Shown piece after piece: positions 1-9,340 of a stretch of 32,000 nt of DNA. The position numbers and the translations under genes are program-made. This DNA comes from Cereibacter sphaeroides 2.4.1. GTDB taxonomy: Bacteria > Pseudomonadota > Alphaproteobacteria > Rhodobacterales > Rhodobacteraceae. How positions within the stretch are numbered: position 1 is the stretch's first letter; each line of letters starts with the position of its first letter. The notes under the pieces are model-generated. The model did no database searches. It was not told the origin of the DNA and worked only from the letters and a program-made list of their open reading frames with translations. The stretch lies in assembly GCF_000012905.2 (NCBI RefSeq), contig NC_007493.2, positions 2,850,001 through 2,882,000 of the forward strand. The letters run 5' to 3'.

Positions 1-56
1 CCATCAAGTCGCGGATCCGGCTCGCGCTGGACCGTCTGCGCCAGCATATGAGTTGA
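1..56 (+). CDS. rpoE: ECF sigma factor RpoE (sigma-E), 3' end only
   Basis: The frame from nt 3 reads IKSRIRLALDRLRQHMS followed by TGA at 54-56. This is the end of a sigma-70 region 4 helix and matches my recollection of the R. sphaeroides RpoE C-terminus. chrR follows directly. The 5' end is outside the window. Confidence 0.8.
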   Translation, partial: IKSRIRLALDRLRQHMS

Positions 57-64
57 GTGAGACC

Positions 65-706
65 ATGACGATCCGGCACCATGTTTCCGACGCCCTGCTG
101 ACCGCCTATGCGGCGGGCACGCTTTCCGAAGCCTTCTCTCTGGTGGTGGCCACGCACCTGTCGCTCTGCGACGAGTGCCGCGCCCGCGCCGGCGCGCTCG
201 ATGCGGTGGGGGGCAGCCTGATGGAGGAGACGGCGCCGGTCGCGCTCTCCGAGGGCAGCCTCGCCTCCGTCATGGCCCAGCTCGACCGGCAGATCCAGAG
301 GCCAGCCCCGGCGCGCCGCGCCGATCCGCGCGCGCCCGCGCCGCTGGCCGATTATGTGGGCAGGCGGCTCGAGGACGTCCGCTGGCGCACCCTCGGCGGC
401 GGCGTGCGGCAGGCGATCCTGCCGACGGGAGGAGAGGCCATCGCCCGGCTGCTCTGGATCCCCGGCGGGCAGGCGGTGCCGGATCACGGCCACCGCGGGC
501 TCGAGCTGACGCTCGTCCTGCAGGGCGCCTTCCGCGACGAGACCGACCGGTTCGGCGCCGGCGATATCGAGATCGCGGATCAGGAGCTGGAACATACGCC
601 GGTGGCCGAGCGGGGCCTCGACTGCATCTGCCTCGCCGCCACCGATGCGCCGCTGCGCTTCAACAGCTTCCTACCGAAGCTGGTGCAGCCCTTCTTCCGC
701 ATCTGA
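65..706 (+). CDS. chrR: Anti-sigma-E factor ChrR (zinc anti-sigma domain plus cupin domain)
   Basis: ATG at 65 gives MTIRHHVSDALLTAYAAGTLSEAF..., 213 aa. There is an N-terminal ZAS motif H-x3-C-x2-C (HLSLCDEC) and a C-terminal cupin-like segment (DHGHRGLELTLVLQG). I recognise it as ChrR. TTG at 53 (the ORF-track start) is an alternative that overlaps the rpoE stop. Confidence 0.9.
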   Translation: MTIRHHVSDALLTAYAAGTLSEAFSLVVATHLSLCDECRARAGALDAVGGSLMEETAPVALSEGSLASVMAQLDRQIQRPAPARRADPRAPAPLADYVGRRLEDVRWRTLGGGVRQAILPTGGEAIARLLWIPGGQAVPDHGHRGLELTLVLQGAFRDETDRFGAGDIEIADQELEHTPVAERGLDCICLAATDAPLRFNSFLPKLVQPFFRI

Positions 707-726
707 CCGCCGCGCCGGTTGGGCGA

Positions 727-759
727 CCCCTGTCATTCACGAAGCGCGAATGACAGGGG
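727..759. terminator. Perfect 12-bp inverted repeat between convergent chrR and rmuC (bidirectional terminator-like hairpin)
   Basis: cccctgtcattc (727-738), a 9-nt loop, then gaatgacagggg (748-759). It lies 21 nt after the chrR stop and 3 nt before the rmuC stop. There is no flanking T or A run. Confidence 0.5.
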
Positions 760-761
760 CA

Positions 762-1898
762 TCACTCGGCCGCGTCGGTGCGCGGGCTCATCTCCTCGAA
801 GTCGAAATTGTCCAGACGCCGCGCCTTCTTGCCCGCCTTGCCGGCCGAGATGCGGATCTCCTCGACGTCGCGCGCCGCCTGGGTGAAGTGGCGGTCGAGA
901 TTGCCCACCCGGTCCGTCAGCCGGTCGATCTCGCGCCCGAGCTCGGCCAGTTCGCGGCGGATGGCTCCGGCCTGCGCCCGCATCCGCGCGTCCTTCAGCA
1001 CCGCCCGCATCGTGTTCAGCACCGCCATGCAGGTGGTGGGCGAGACGATCCAGACCCGCGCCGCAAAGCCCTCGCGCACGATGTCGCCGAAATTCGCATG
1101 AAGCTCGGCATAGACCGCCTCGGAAGGCAGGAACAGCATCGCCCCGTCCGCCGTCTCGCCCTCGAGGATGTATTTCTCGGAGATGGCGCGGATATGGGCG
1201 CGGAGCGCCACCCGCATCATCCGCTGCGCCTCCATCTGCGCCGCGGGATTCTCGGCCGCCCGCAGCGCCTCGTAGGCCTCGAGCGGGAATTTCGAATCGA
1301 TCACGATCGGCCCCGGCGGCTCGGGCAGATGGATCAGGCAGTCCGCCCGCTTCCCGTTCGAGAGCGTGGCCTGCATCGTGTAGCTGTCGGAGGGCAGCGC
1401 CTTCTGCACGATGTCATGCAGCTGGATCTCGCCGAAGGCGCCGCGCGTCTGCTTGTTCGACAGGATGTCCTGCAGGCCCAGCACATCGCCCGACAGTTTC
1501 TCGATATTGGCCTGCGCCCGGTCGATAGTCTCAAGCCGCTGATGCAGGTCGCCGAGCGAGCGCGCCGTGCGCAGGGAGGTGCCGTGCAGACTTTCGGCCA
1601 TGCCGCGCTGCACCTCGGCCAGCCGCCGCTCCATCAGCTGCAGCATGGCGCCCTGCGTCGAGGCCTGCGCCTCCGACACATGATGCAGCCCGCCCGCCAG
1701 CCGCTCCTGCCCGTCGGACAGCATCTGCACCTGCTGGCCGAGCCAGCCGAGCTCGTTCAGCATCGGCTCGACCATCCGCGCCGCGCGCCCGGCGGCCCGC
1801 AGGATCAGCAGGAGGAACAGGATCGCCACCAGCGCCCCGCCCACGCCCAGCACCAGCGGGTCGTCCCAGCCGAAGCTCCGGTCGCCGATGCGGATCAT
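762..1898 (-). CDS. rmuC: DNA recombination protein RmuC
   Basis: 378-aa ORF with an N-terminal TM helix (LVLGVGGALVAILFLLLIL), a long coiled-coil-like middle and an RmuC core containing IVIDSKFPLEAY. It lies 10 nt downstream of the mutL stop on the same strand. Confidence 0.85.
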   Translation of the reverse strand: MIRIGDRSFGWDDPLVLGVGGALVAILFLLLILRAAGRAARMVEPMLNELGWLGQQVQMLSDGQERLAGGLHHVSEAQASTQGAMLQLMERRLAEVQRGMAESLHGTSLRTARSLGDLHQRLETIDRAQANIEKLSGDVLGLQDILSNKQTRGAFGEIQLHDIVQKALPSDSYTMQATLSNGKRADCLIHLPEPPGPIVIDSKFPLEAYEALRAAENPAAQMEAQRMMRVALRAHIRAISEKYILEGETADGAMLFLPSEAVYAELHANFGDIVREGFAARVWIVSPTTCMAVLNTMRAVLKDARMRAQAGAIRRELAELGREIDRLTDRVGNLDRHFTQAARDVEEIRISAGKAGKKARRLDNFDFEEMSPRTDAAE

Positions 1899-1908
1899 TG
1901 CGGGCGCG

Positions 1909-3759
1909 TCATCGCCGGCCGAAGAGCCGCTCGATGTCGGCCAGCTTCAGCTCGACATAGGTGGGCCGGCCGTGGTTGCACTGGCCCGAGAGGGGCGTGG
2001 CCTCCATCTCGCGCAGAAGCGGATTCATCTCTTCGGCCCTGAGCGCCCGGCCCGAGCGCACCGATCCGTGACAGGCCATGCGCGAGAGCACCGCATCCAT
2101 CCGGGCCTGAAGCCGGTCCGAGCTGCCGAGATCGGCCAGATCGTCGAGGATGTCGCGCAGGAGCGGTGCAGCCTCGACCTTGCCGAGGATCGCCGGCACC
2201 TCACGCACCGCGACGGCACCGCCGCCGAACGGCTCGATCACGAGGCCCGCGGAGGCCAGCTCGTCCGCGGCCTCCAGCAGCCGGGCGGCATCGGTGGGCG
2301 ACAGTTCGACGATCTCGGGGATCAGCAGCGCCTGCCGCGCGATCCCCGTCTCGTCGCGCTGGCGCTTGAGCTTCTCGTAGACCAGCCGCTCGTGTGCGGC
2401 ATGCTGATCCACGATCACGAGGCCGCTCTCGGTCTGGGCGAGGATCCAGTTGCCGTGGATCTGCGCCCGCGCGGCGCCGAGAGGGCGGTCGTGGGCCTCC
2501 TCGGCCGCCGGCGCTTCGACCCTTGCGGCGGGCGCCTCGGCCAGACCCGGCATCGCAGGCTCGGGCGCCTGAAAGGCGAAGCTGCGCGCCACCGCGGCGA
2601 CCGAGGGCCGGTCCATCTGATAGATCCGCGACGCCGGACCCGGACCCGCCGCCGCGGGCCTCTCCGGCCGGAAGGCCTCGAGCGTCTCGCCCGCGACGGT
2701 GGTCGAGGCCCGGTGCCCCGCCCCCGCCAGCGCCTGACGCAGCGCGGTGACGATCAGCCCGCGCACCTCGCCCGCCTCGCGGAACCGCACCTCGGCCTTG
2801 GCCGGATGCACGTTCACGTCGACCCGCTGCGGATCGCAGATCAGGTTCAGCACCGCGGCCGGATAGCGATCGCGGCTCAGCACATCCATGTAGCCCGCCC
2901 GGAGCGCGCCGAGGAGCATCCGGTCGAGCACCGGGCGACCGTTCACGAACAGGAACTGCGCCACGCCCGAGCCGCGGGAATAGGTGGGCAGCGCGGCATA
3001 GCCCTGCAGGCGCAGCCCTTCGCGCGCCACATCGATCCGGAGCGCATTCTCGGCAAACTCCGCCCCCACCACCCGCGCCACGCGGCGGTGGAGGGCGTCG
3101 AACAGATCGCCCCCTTCGGCCTCGGCGCGGAACAGAAGCCGCGGCTCGCCCGCAGAATGGTCGGTGAGGGTGAAGCCCACCTCGGGCTCGGCCAGCGCCA
3201 GACGGCGCACCACCTCGGCGATGGCCTGGGTCTCGGCGCGGTCGGTGCGCAGGAACTTGAGCCGCGCGGGCGTGGCGAAGAAGAGGTCGCGCAGTTCGAC
3301 CACCGTGCCCGCCCCGAGCGCCGCCGGACGCACCGGCTCGATCCGGCCCGCGCTGACGGCGATCTGCGCGCCCTCGGCCTCGGCCACCCGCGAGGTGATG
3401 GTGAGCCGCCCCACGGCCGCCAGCGAAGGCAGCGCCTCGCCGCGGAAGCCGAAGCTGCGGATGTCGAGAAGGTCGGACCCGTCGATCTTCGAGGTGGCAT
3501 GGCGCGAGAGCGCGAGCGGCAGGTCGTCGGCCGTCATGCCGCAGCCGTCATCGGTGACGCGGATCAGGGCCTTGCCCCCGCAGGCGATGTCGACGGCGAT
3601 GCGCCGGGCGCCCGCGTCGAGCGCATTCTCGACCAGCTCCTTCACCGCCGAGGCCGGCCGCTCGACCACCTCGCCCGCGGCGATGCGGTTGATGGCAGCT
3701 TCGTCGAGCTGCCGGATCACCGGGCGGGCGGCGCCTATCTTGGGGCTGAGGAGCGTCAT
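1909..3759 (-). CDS. mutL: DNA mismatch repair protein MutL
   Basis: ATG at 3759 gives MTLLSPKIGAARPVIRQLDEAAINRIAAGEVVERPASAVKELVENALDAGA, the GHKL ATPase N-terminus typical of MutL. The C-terminal domain (QCNHGRPTYVELK) is also typical. The ORF-track start at 3807 adds 16 non-conserved residues. Confidence 0.9.
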   Translation of the reverse strand: MTLLSPKIGAARPVIRQLDEAAINRIAAGEVVERPASAVKELVENALDAGARRIAVDIACGGKALIRVTDDGCGMTADDLPLALSRHATSKIDGSDLLDIRSFGFRGEALPSLAAVGRLTITSRVAEAEGAQIAVSAGRIEPVRPAALGAGTVVELRDLFFATPARLKFLRTDRAETQAIAEVVRRLALAEPEVGFTLTDHSAGEPRLLFRAEAEGGDLFDALHRRVARVVGAEFAENALRIDVAREGLRLQGYAALPTYSRGSGVAQFLFVNGRPVLDRMLLGALRAGYMDVLSRDRYPAAVLNLICDPQRVDVNVHPAKAEVRFREAGEVRGLIVTALRQALAGAGHRASTTVAGETLEAFRPERPAAAGPGPASRIYQMDRPSVAAVARSFAFQAPEPAMPGLAEAPAARVEAPAAEEAHDRPLGAARAQIHGNWILAQTESGLVIVDQHAAHERLVYEKLKRQRDETGIARQALLIPEIVELSPTDAARLLEAADELASAGLVIEPFGGGAVAVREVPAILGKVEAAPLLRDILDDLADLGSSDRLQARMDAVLSRMACHGSVRSGRALRAEEMNPLLREMEATPLSGQCNHGRPTYVELKLADIERLFGRR

Positions 3760-3843
3760 GCCACCAGCCTTAGCAGAATCGCTGTCGCTCCGCCACCGGC
3801 TTCCCACCGGACGGCGGGGCAGGCCCGCCGACCGACCACTGCG

Positions 3844-5151
3844 TCAGCCGTCCGAGGCGACCCCTTCCGGCTGGCCCACCACGACGAAATGCAGCGCCTC
3901 GGGCTTCAGGAGGCTCTGCGCCACGCGCTTCACATCCTCGAGCGTCACCGCCTCGATCTTCTCATTGCGCGTCACCGGATAGTCGATGGGCAGCCCCTCC
4001 ATCTGCATCCCCACGAGGATGCTCGCGATGGGGCCGTTGCCGTCGAAGCGCAGCGGATAGGAGCCGGTGAGGTAGGTCTTCGTCGCCTCCAGCTCCTCGG
4101 CCGTCACGCCTTCGGCCGCGGTCCGCCGCCATTCCTCGCGCACGAGGTCGATGGCCTGCCCCACCGTCGCATTGGAACTGGCGAAAGCGCCCATCATCGT
4201 CTCGGCATGATCCATCGGCAGCAGATAGGAGCCGATGCCGTAGGTGAGCCCCCGCTTCTCGCGCACCTCGGTCATGAGCCGCGAGCCGAACCGGCCGCCG
4301 CCGAGGATCTCGTTCAGCACATAGGCCGGGAAGAAGTCGGGGTCGTCGCGCTCGATGCCCGTCTGGCCGAAGCGCACCGAGGCCTGCGGGGTCGGGAAAT
4401 CCACCACCGTCACGCCGCCGTCGAGCTTCCAGTCCGCCCGCGGCGGCATGGGCGCGCCTTCGGCGGGCAGGTCGCCCAGCAGCCGGTCGAGGAGCAGGCC
4501 GAGGCTCTCGGCGTCGATGTCGCCCGCCGCCGCCACATAGATCCGGTCGCGGGCGAGCGCCGCGCGATGCGCCGCGACCACCTGCTCGCGGGAGAGGCCC
4601 TGCACGCTCTCGGGCGTACCCGAGCCGTCGCTGCCATAGGGATGGTCGCCGAAGGCCTGCGCATCGAACACCTGCCCCGAGATGTGGTTCGGGTCCTTGG
4701 CGTCGGAGGCGAGGCCCGACAGCACCTGTCCGCGCACCCGGTCGATGGCGTCGGCATCGAAGCGCGGCTCGACCAGCGCGAGGCGCAGCAGATCCACCGC
4801 CTCGTCGCGGTTCTCGGTGAGGAACCGGGCCGAGACCGAAACCGCATCCGTCGAGGGCCGGAAGGAGAAGTTCGCGGCGAGGCCATCGCGGGCCCGGGCA
4901 AAGCCCTGCGCATCAAGATCGCCCGCGCCTTCCTCGAGCAGGCCGGTCATCAGGTTGACCGCCCCCCGCGCGCCCTCGGCATCGAGCGAGGTGCCGCCGC
5001 GAAATCGGATCTCGAGCGCCGTGAAGGGCAGTTCGTGCGACTCGACCAGCCAGGCGTGAATGCCGCCGGGCGAGGTCACGTCCTGGATCTGGACATCCGC
5101 CCGGACGGGCAGGGCGAACAGGATCAGCGCGGCAGCCAGGCGCAGCATCAT
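3844..5151 (-). CDS. M16 (pitrilysin/insulinase) family peptidase, non-catalytic-type subunit, with signal peptide
   Basis: 435-aa ORF with an N-terminal signal peptide (MMLRLAAALILFALPVRADV) and M16 two-domain architecture. It lacks an HxxEH zinc motif. Its start overlaps the upstream M16 gene stop by ATGA (5148-5151). Confidence 0.8.
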   Translation of the reverse strand: MMLRLAAALILFALPVRADVQIQDVTSPGGIHAWLVESHELPFTALEIRFRGGTSLDAEGARGAVNLMTGLLEEGAGDLDAQGFARARDGLAANFSFRPSTDAVSVSARFLTENRDEAVDLLRLALVEPRFDADAIDRVRGQVLSGLASDAKDPNHISGQVFDAQAFGDHPYGSDGSGTPESVQGLSREQVVAAHRAALARDRIYVAAAGDIDAESLGLLLDRLLGDLPAEGAPMPPRADWKLDGGVTVVDFPTPQASVRFGQTGIERDDPDFFPAYVLNEILGGGRFGSRLMTEVREKRGLTYGIGSYLLPMDHAETMMGAFASSNATVGQAIDLVREEWRRTAAEGVTAEELEATKTYLTGSYPLRFDGNGPIASILVGMQMEGLPIDYPVTRNEKIEAVTLEDVKRVAQSLLKPEALHFVVVGQPEGVASDG

Positions 5152-6494
5152 TGGCTCTTCTCCTCGTCTTCCTGCATCAGCCAGCCGGTCACGGCGCGGC
5201 GGCGGTCGAACACTTCGCGCGCCGCGGCCATCACCTCGTCGGGCGTCACGGCCTGAAGCACTTCGGGCCAGGCCTGCACATCGGCCACCGTCAGCCCCGT
5301 CGTGAGGGCGGCACCGTAGCGGCGGGCGAGCCCGTCCACATTGTCGCGCGAGTAGATGTCCTGCGCGCCGAGCTGGGTCTTGATCCGCTCGAAATCCTCG
5401 GCGTCGGGGCCTTCCTTCAGGAAGCGCGCGACGACGGCATCCATCGCATCCTCGGCCTCCTGCAGCGAGACGCCCGCGGCCGGCACGACCGCGAGGCCGA
5501 AGGTGCCCGAATCGAGCCCGCCCCCGTCGTAATAGGCCTGCGCCCAGACCGCCTTGGGCTCGGGCCCGAACTGCAACTCGCGCGACAGAAGCGAGGTGGT
5601 GGGGCTGCCGCCCAGAAGCTCGGCGAGGATCGTGAGCGCCGCGGCCTTCTCCTGCGCGCCGGTCTCGCGCGTGGCGGCGAGATAGCTGCGCGAGACATAG
5701 GGCTGCGCCACCCGCGGATCCGAGAAGGTCAGCCGGCGCTCGGCGAGCTGCGGCGGCTCCTGCGGGCGCAGCCGCTCGGGCAGGTTCGGCGTGGGTTCGA
5801 GCGCGCCGTAATGCTCTTCGGCCATGCGGCGCACCTCGGCCGGATCGACATCGCCCGCCACCACGAGGATCGCATTGTTGGGCGCGTAATAGGTCCGGTA
5901 GAAGCTGAAGGCATCCTCGCGGCCCAACTGCTCGATCTCGTGCCGCCAGCCGATGATCGGAATGCCGTAGGGATGGTTCAGGTAGGCCGCGGCGCGGCTC
6001 TGCTCGGAAAAGACCGCGCCCGGATCGCTGTCGGTGCGCTGGCTGCGCTCTTCCAGCACCACCTGACGTTCGGTGCGCACATCCTCTTCCGTCATCTGGA
6101 GGTCCCGCATCCGGTCGGCCTCCATCTTCATCATCAGGTCGAGCCGATCAGCGGCAACCCGTTGAAAGTAGGCGGTGTAGTCCCACGAGGTGAAGGCGTT
6201 GTCGTCGCCCCCCTGCGCCTCGACCGTGGCCGAGAATTCGCCCGCCGACATCTCGTCGGTGCCCTTGAACATCAGATGCTCGAGGAAATGCGCGATGCCC
6301 GAATGGCCGGGCGGCTCGTCGGCGGCGCCCACGCGATACCAGACCATGTGGGTGACGACGGGGGCGCGGTGATCCTCGATCACCACCACCTCGAGCCCGT
6401 TCGGCAGGCGGAAGTCGCTCACCGTCTCGGCCAGGGCCGGAAGCGCGAGCATGAGCCCGGTTGCGGCCGAGAGGGCCAGTCGGCGCAGCATCAT
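5148..6494 (-). CDS. M16 family zinc peptidase, catalytic-type subunit (HxxEH present), with signal peptide
   Basis: 448-aa ORF with signal peptide MMLRRLALSAATGLMLALPALA. It carries the inverted zinc-binding motif HFLEHLMFKGT. Confidence 0.85.
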   Translation of the reverse strand: MMLRRLALSAATGLMLALPALAETVSDFRLPNGLEVVVIEDHRAPVVTHMVWYRVGAADEPPGHSGIAHFLEHLMFKGTDEMSAGEFSATVEAQGGDDNAFTSWDYTAYFQRVAADRLDLMMKMEADRMRDLQMTEEDVRTERQVVLEERSQRTDSDPGAVFSEQSRAAAYLNHPYGIPIIGWRHEIEQLGREDAFSFYRTYYAPNNAILVVAGDVDPAEVRRMAEEHYGALEPTPNLPERLRPQEPPQLAERRLTFSDPRVAQPYVSRSYLAATRETGAQEKAAALTILAELLGGSPTTSLLSRELQFGPEPKAVWAQAYYDGGGLDSGTFGLAVVPAAGVSLQEAEDAMDAVVARFLKEGPDAEDFERIKTQLGAQDIYSRDNVDGLARRYGAALTTGLTVADVQAWPEVLQAVTPDEVMAAAREVFDRRRAVTGWLMQEDEEKSQ

Positions 6495-6573
6495 CTTGTC
6501 CTTCCAAAAGATGGATCTGCGCGAAAGCTACCGTCGGACCGCGGCGCCGCAAGTCCCCCTACGGGCTTGTGAT

Positions 6574-7101
6574 CTATTCGCTGCCGCCCGCCGGGGGGGC
6601 GGAGGGATTGCGGGCACCCGCCGCGCGCCAGCGCGCAAGCTCGGCCTGCTGGTCGAGAGCCATCGGCCGGTAGGCCTTGAAATAGACGTTCACGTTGAAC
6701 ACCCGCTCGAGGAGGCGCCCGTCGTGGTCGCGCCGCCAGGCATAATCCTCGGTGGCCAGCGTCGGGCGGATGCCTGCATCGCGGCCGAACCGGGCCGCAT
6801 GGGAAACGACCGACGCGTCGGCGGCAGGGATCGTCCCGGACCGGGCCGGGTTGCCGCCCAGGGCCGCCACCGCGTCGCCCAGCGGATTCGGATCGGCGAG
6901 GTTCGCGCCGCCCGGCGTCGGCGCCGGCAGGGCCGCGATCGTCTCGGGAATCTCCAGCGGCTTCACCGGCATGATGCCGAATTCGTCCGGCCCGGGTCCG
7001 GTGGAACGCAGGTTCATCAGCTGCGGCTCGCCTCCGCCACAGCCGGCCAGCAGGAGCATCGCCAGTGCCGCACCCGCCCCTGCGCCTCGAGCTGCCCGCA
7101 T
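6574..7101 (-). CDS. DUF3035-type lipoprotein (the family I recall as including alphaproteobacterial BamF)
   Basis: ATG at 7101 gives MRAARGAGAGAALAMLLLAGCGGG with lipobox LLAGC, followed by the GPDEFGIMPVKPLEIP segment typical of DUF3035. The track ORF 6574-7656 extends upstream into lspA in another frame, so I trimmed it. Confidence 0.75.
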   Translation of the reverse strand: MRAARGAGAGAALAMLLLAGCGGGEPQLMNLRSTGPGPDEFGIMPVKPLEIPETIAALPAPTPGGANLADPNPLGDAVAALGGNPARSGTIPAADASVVSHAARFGRDAGIRPTLATEDYAWRRDHDGRLLERVFNVNVYFKAYRPMALDQQAELARWRAAGARNPSAPPAGGSE

Positions 7102-7154
7102 CCCTCGTCTCCTTGCTGCCTCGTGCCCGTCTTTAGCGCAAAGGTTCCAAGCCG

Positions 7155-7712
7155 TCACGGGGTCTTTCCACCGCCGGGCCGCCCCGAGCCGTTGGCCTTG
7201 CGCTCCGCAGGCTTGCGCTTCGGCGTGCTCTTGAGCTTCTCGGGCTCGGGCTTCGTCTCGCGCGTGAAGAGCACGAGGCCGAAGGCGCCCGCGAAGATCG
7301 CGATGTCCGCCACGTTGAAGGCATAGGGATTCTCGATGCCGCAGCAGGACATGTTGAGGAAGTCCGCCACCGCCCCGTAGAGCACCCGGTCCACCACGTT
7401 GCCCAGTGCCCCGCCGATCAGGAGCCCGCCCGAGATCCGCGCGAGCCGCGTGGGCGTGCTGCGCCAGACCCAGCGCCAGACCCAGGCCGAGATGGCGAGC
7501 GAGACGATCACGAGGCCCCAGCGCACGATCTCCTGATCGGAGGAGCCGATGCCGAAGTTGATGCCCCGGTTCCAGGCCATGCGGAAGGTGAGCCACGGCG
7601 CAACGAGGTCGATCGCGCCCCGATTGGCGAGATCCAGTCCCCAGACGACGAGCCATTTCGTCAGCTGGTCGAGGACGAAGACGCCGAAGGCCGTGAGCGC
7701 CGCGAGCCGCAT
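7155..7712 (-). CDS. lspA: Lipoprotein signal peptidase (signal peptidase II)
   Basis: 185-aa ORF MRLAALTAFGVFVLDQLTKWLV... with NRGINFGI and GGALGNVVDRV...DF motifs of LspA. It has a roughly 35-aa Lys/Pro-rich C-terminal tail. It starts 2 nt after the purH stop. Confidence 0.85.
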   Translation of the reverse strand: MRLAALTAFGVFVLDQLTKWLVVWGLDLANRGAIDLVAPWLTFRMAWNRGINFGIGSSDQEIVRWGLVIVSLAISAWVWRWVWRSTPTRLARISGGLLIGGALGNVVDRVLYGAVADFLNMSCCGIENPYAFNVADIAIFAGAFGLVLFTRETKPEPEKLKSTPKRKPAERKANGSGRPGGGKTP

Positions 7713-7713
7713 G

Positions 7714-9303
7714 TCAGTGCCGGAAGTGACGCTGGCCGGTGAAGACCATGGCGAGCCCCGCCTCGTCGGCCGCCGCGATCACCTCGTCGTCGCGCATCGA
7801 GCCGCCGGGCTGGATGATCGCGGTGGCGCCCGCCTCGGCCGCGGCGAGCAGGCCGTCGGCGAAGGGGAAGAAGGCGTCGGAGGCCACGACGGACCCTTGC
7901 GTCAGCGGCTGGGCCAGACCCAGCGCCTGCGCCATGTCCTGCGACTTGCGCGCAGCGATCCGGGTCGAGTCGACGCGGCTCATCTGCCCCGCCCCCACGC
8001 CCACGGTGGCCCCGTCCTTCACATAGACGATGGCGTTCGATTTCACATGCTTGGCCACGGTCCAGGCAAAGAGGAGGTCGGCGAGTTCCGCGTCCGAGGG
8101 CGCGCGCTTCGTCACCACCTTCAGGTCGAGCGCATCGACATGGCCCGCGTCGCGGTCCTGCACGAGGAAGCCGCCCGCCACCTGCTTGAAGGCGAGCCCC
8201 GGCGCCAGCGGATCGGGCAGCGCCTCGGTCGTCAGCAGCCGGAGGTTCTTCTTGGCGGCGAAGATCGCGCGGGCTTCCTCGTCGGCGCCGGGGGCGATCA
8301 CCACCTCGGTGAAGATCTCGGTGATCTTTTCGGCCGTGGCCGCATCGAGCGGCTGGTTCAGCGCGATGATGCCGCCGAAGGCCGAGACGCGGTCGCAGTC
8401 GAAGGCGCGGGCATAGGCTTCGGCCAGTGTCGCGCCCCGGGCCACGCCGCAGGGGTTGGCGTGCTTGACGATGACGCAGGCCGGGCCCTCGGCCGGGTCG
8501 AACTCGGCCACCAGCTCGAAGGCCGCGTCGGTGTCGTTGATGTTGTTGTAGGAAAGCTCCTTGCCCTGCCACTGTTTCGCGGTGGCGACGCCCGGACGGG
8601 CCGAGCCGTCGGTGTAGAAGGCGGCCTTCTGGTGCGGGTTCTCGCCGTAGCGCATGGTCTGGGCGAGCGTGCCCGCGAAGGAGCGGCGGCGCGGCGCCTC
8701 GGCCTTCAGCGCGCCCGCCATCCAGGTCGAGACGGCCGTGTCGTAGGCCGCGGTGCGCGCATAGGCGGTCAGCGCGAGTTTCTGGCGGAAGGAGAGCCTC
8801 GTGGCGCCGTCATGGGCGCGCAGCTCGTCGAGCAGCGCCTTGTAGTCGGCCGTGTCGGTCACGACGTTCACGAAACGGTGGTTCTTGGCCGCGGCCCGGA
8901 TCATGGCCGGCCCGCCGATGTCGATGTTCTCGATGCAGTCGTCGTAGGAGGCGCCCCGCGCGACGGCCGCTTCGAACGGATAGAGGTTCACCACCAGGAG
9001 GTCGATCGGCTCGATCCCGTGGGCGGCCATCGCCACCAGATGCTCGTCGTCGTCGCGCAGCGCCAGAAGCCCGCCGTGGACCATCGGATGCAGGGTCTTG
9101 ACCCGGCCGTCCATCATCTCGGGAAAGCCCGTGACCTCGGCGACGTCCCGCACCTTCAGCCCCGCCGCCCGCAGCGCGGCCGCCGTGCCGCCGGTCGAGA
9201 TCAGCTCCACCTCCAGATCTGCCAGGGCACGGGCGAGGTCGAGGAGACCCGACTTGTCGGAAACCGACAGAAGGGCGCGGCCAACGGGAACGAGGTTCGT
9301 CAT
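7714..9303 (-). CDS. purH: Bifunctional AICAR formyltransferase / IMP cyclohydrolase
   Basis: 529-aa ORF with the MGS-like N-terminus ([19 protein letters not shown]). The full-length pattern is unmistakably PurH, ending ...GQRHFRH. Confidence 0.95.
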
Positions 9304-9340
9304 CTGAGTGCCTCCAGGTCAATGCCAGGTCTGGGCCGGG

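Noticed and set aside
7102-7656. Upstream 185 codons of track ORF 6574-7656.
   Set aside because: They overlap the clearly identifiable lspA gene in another frame. The internal ATG at 7101 yields a canonical lipoprotein signal peptide with a lipobox.
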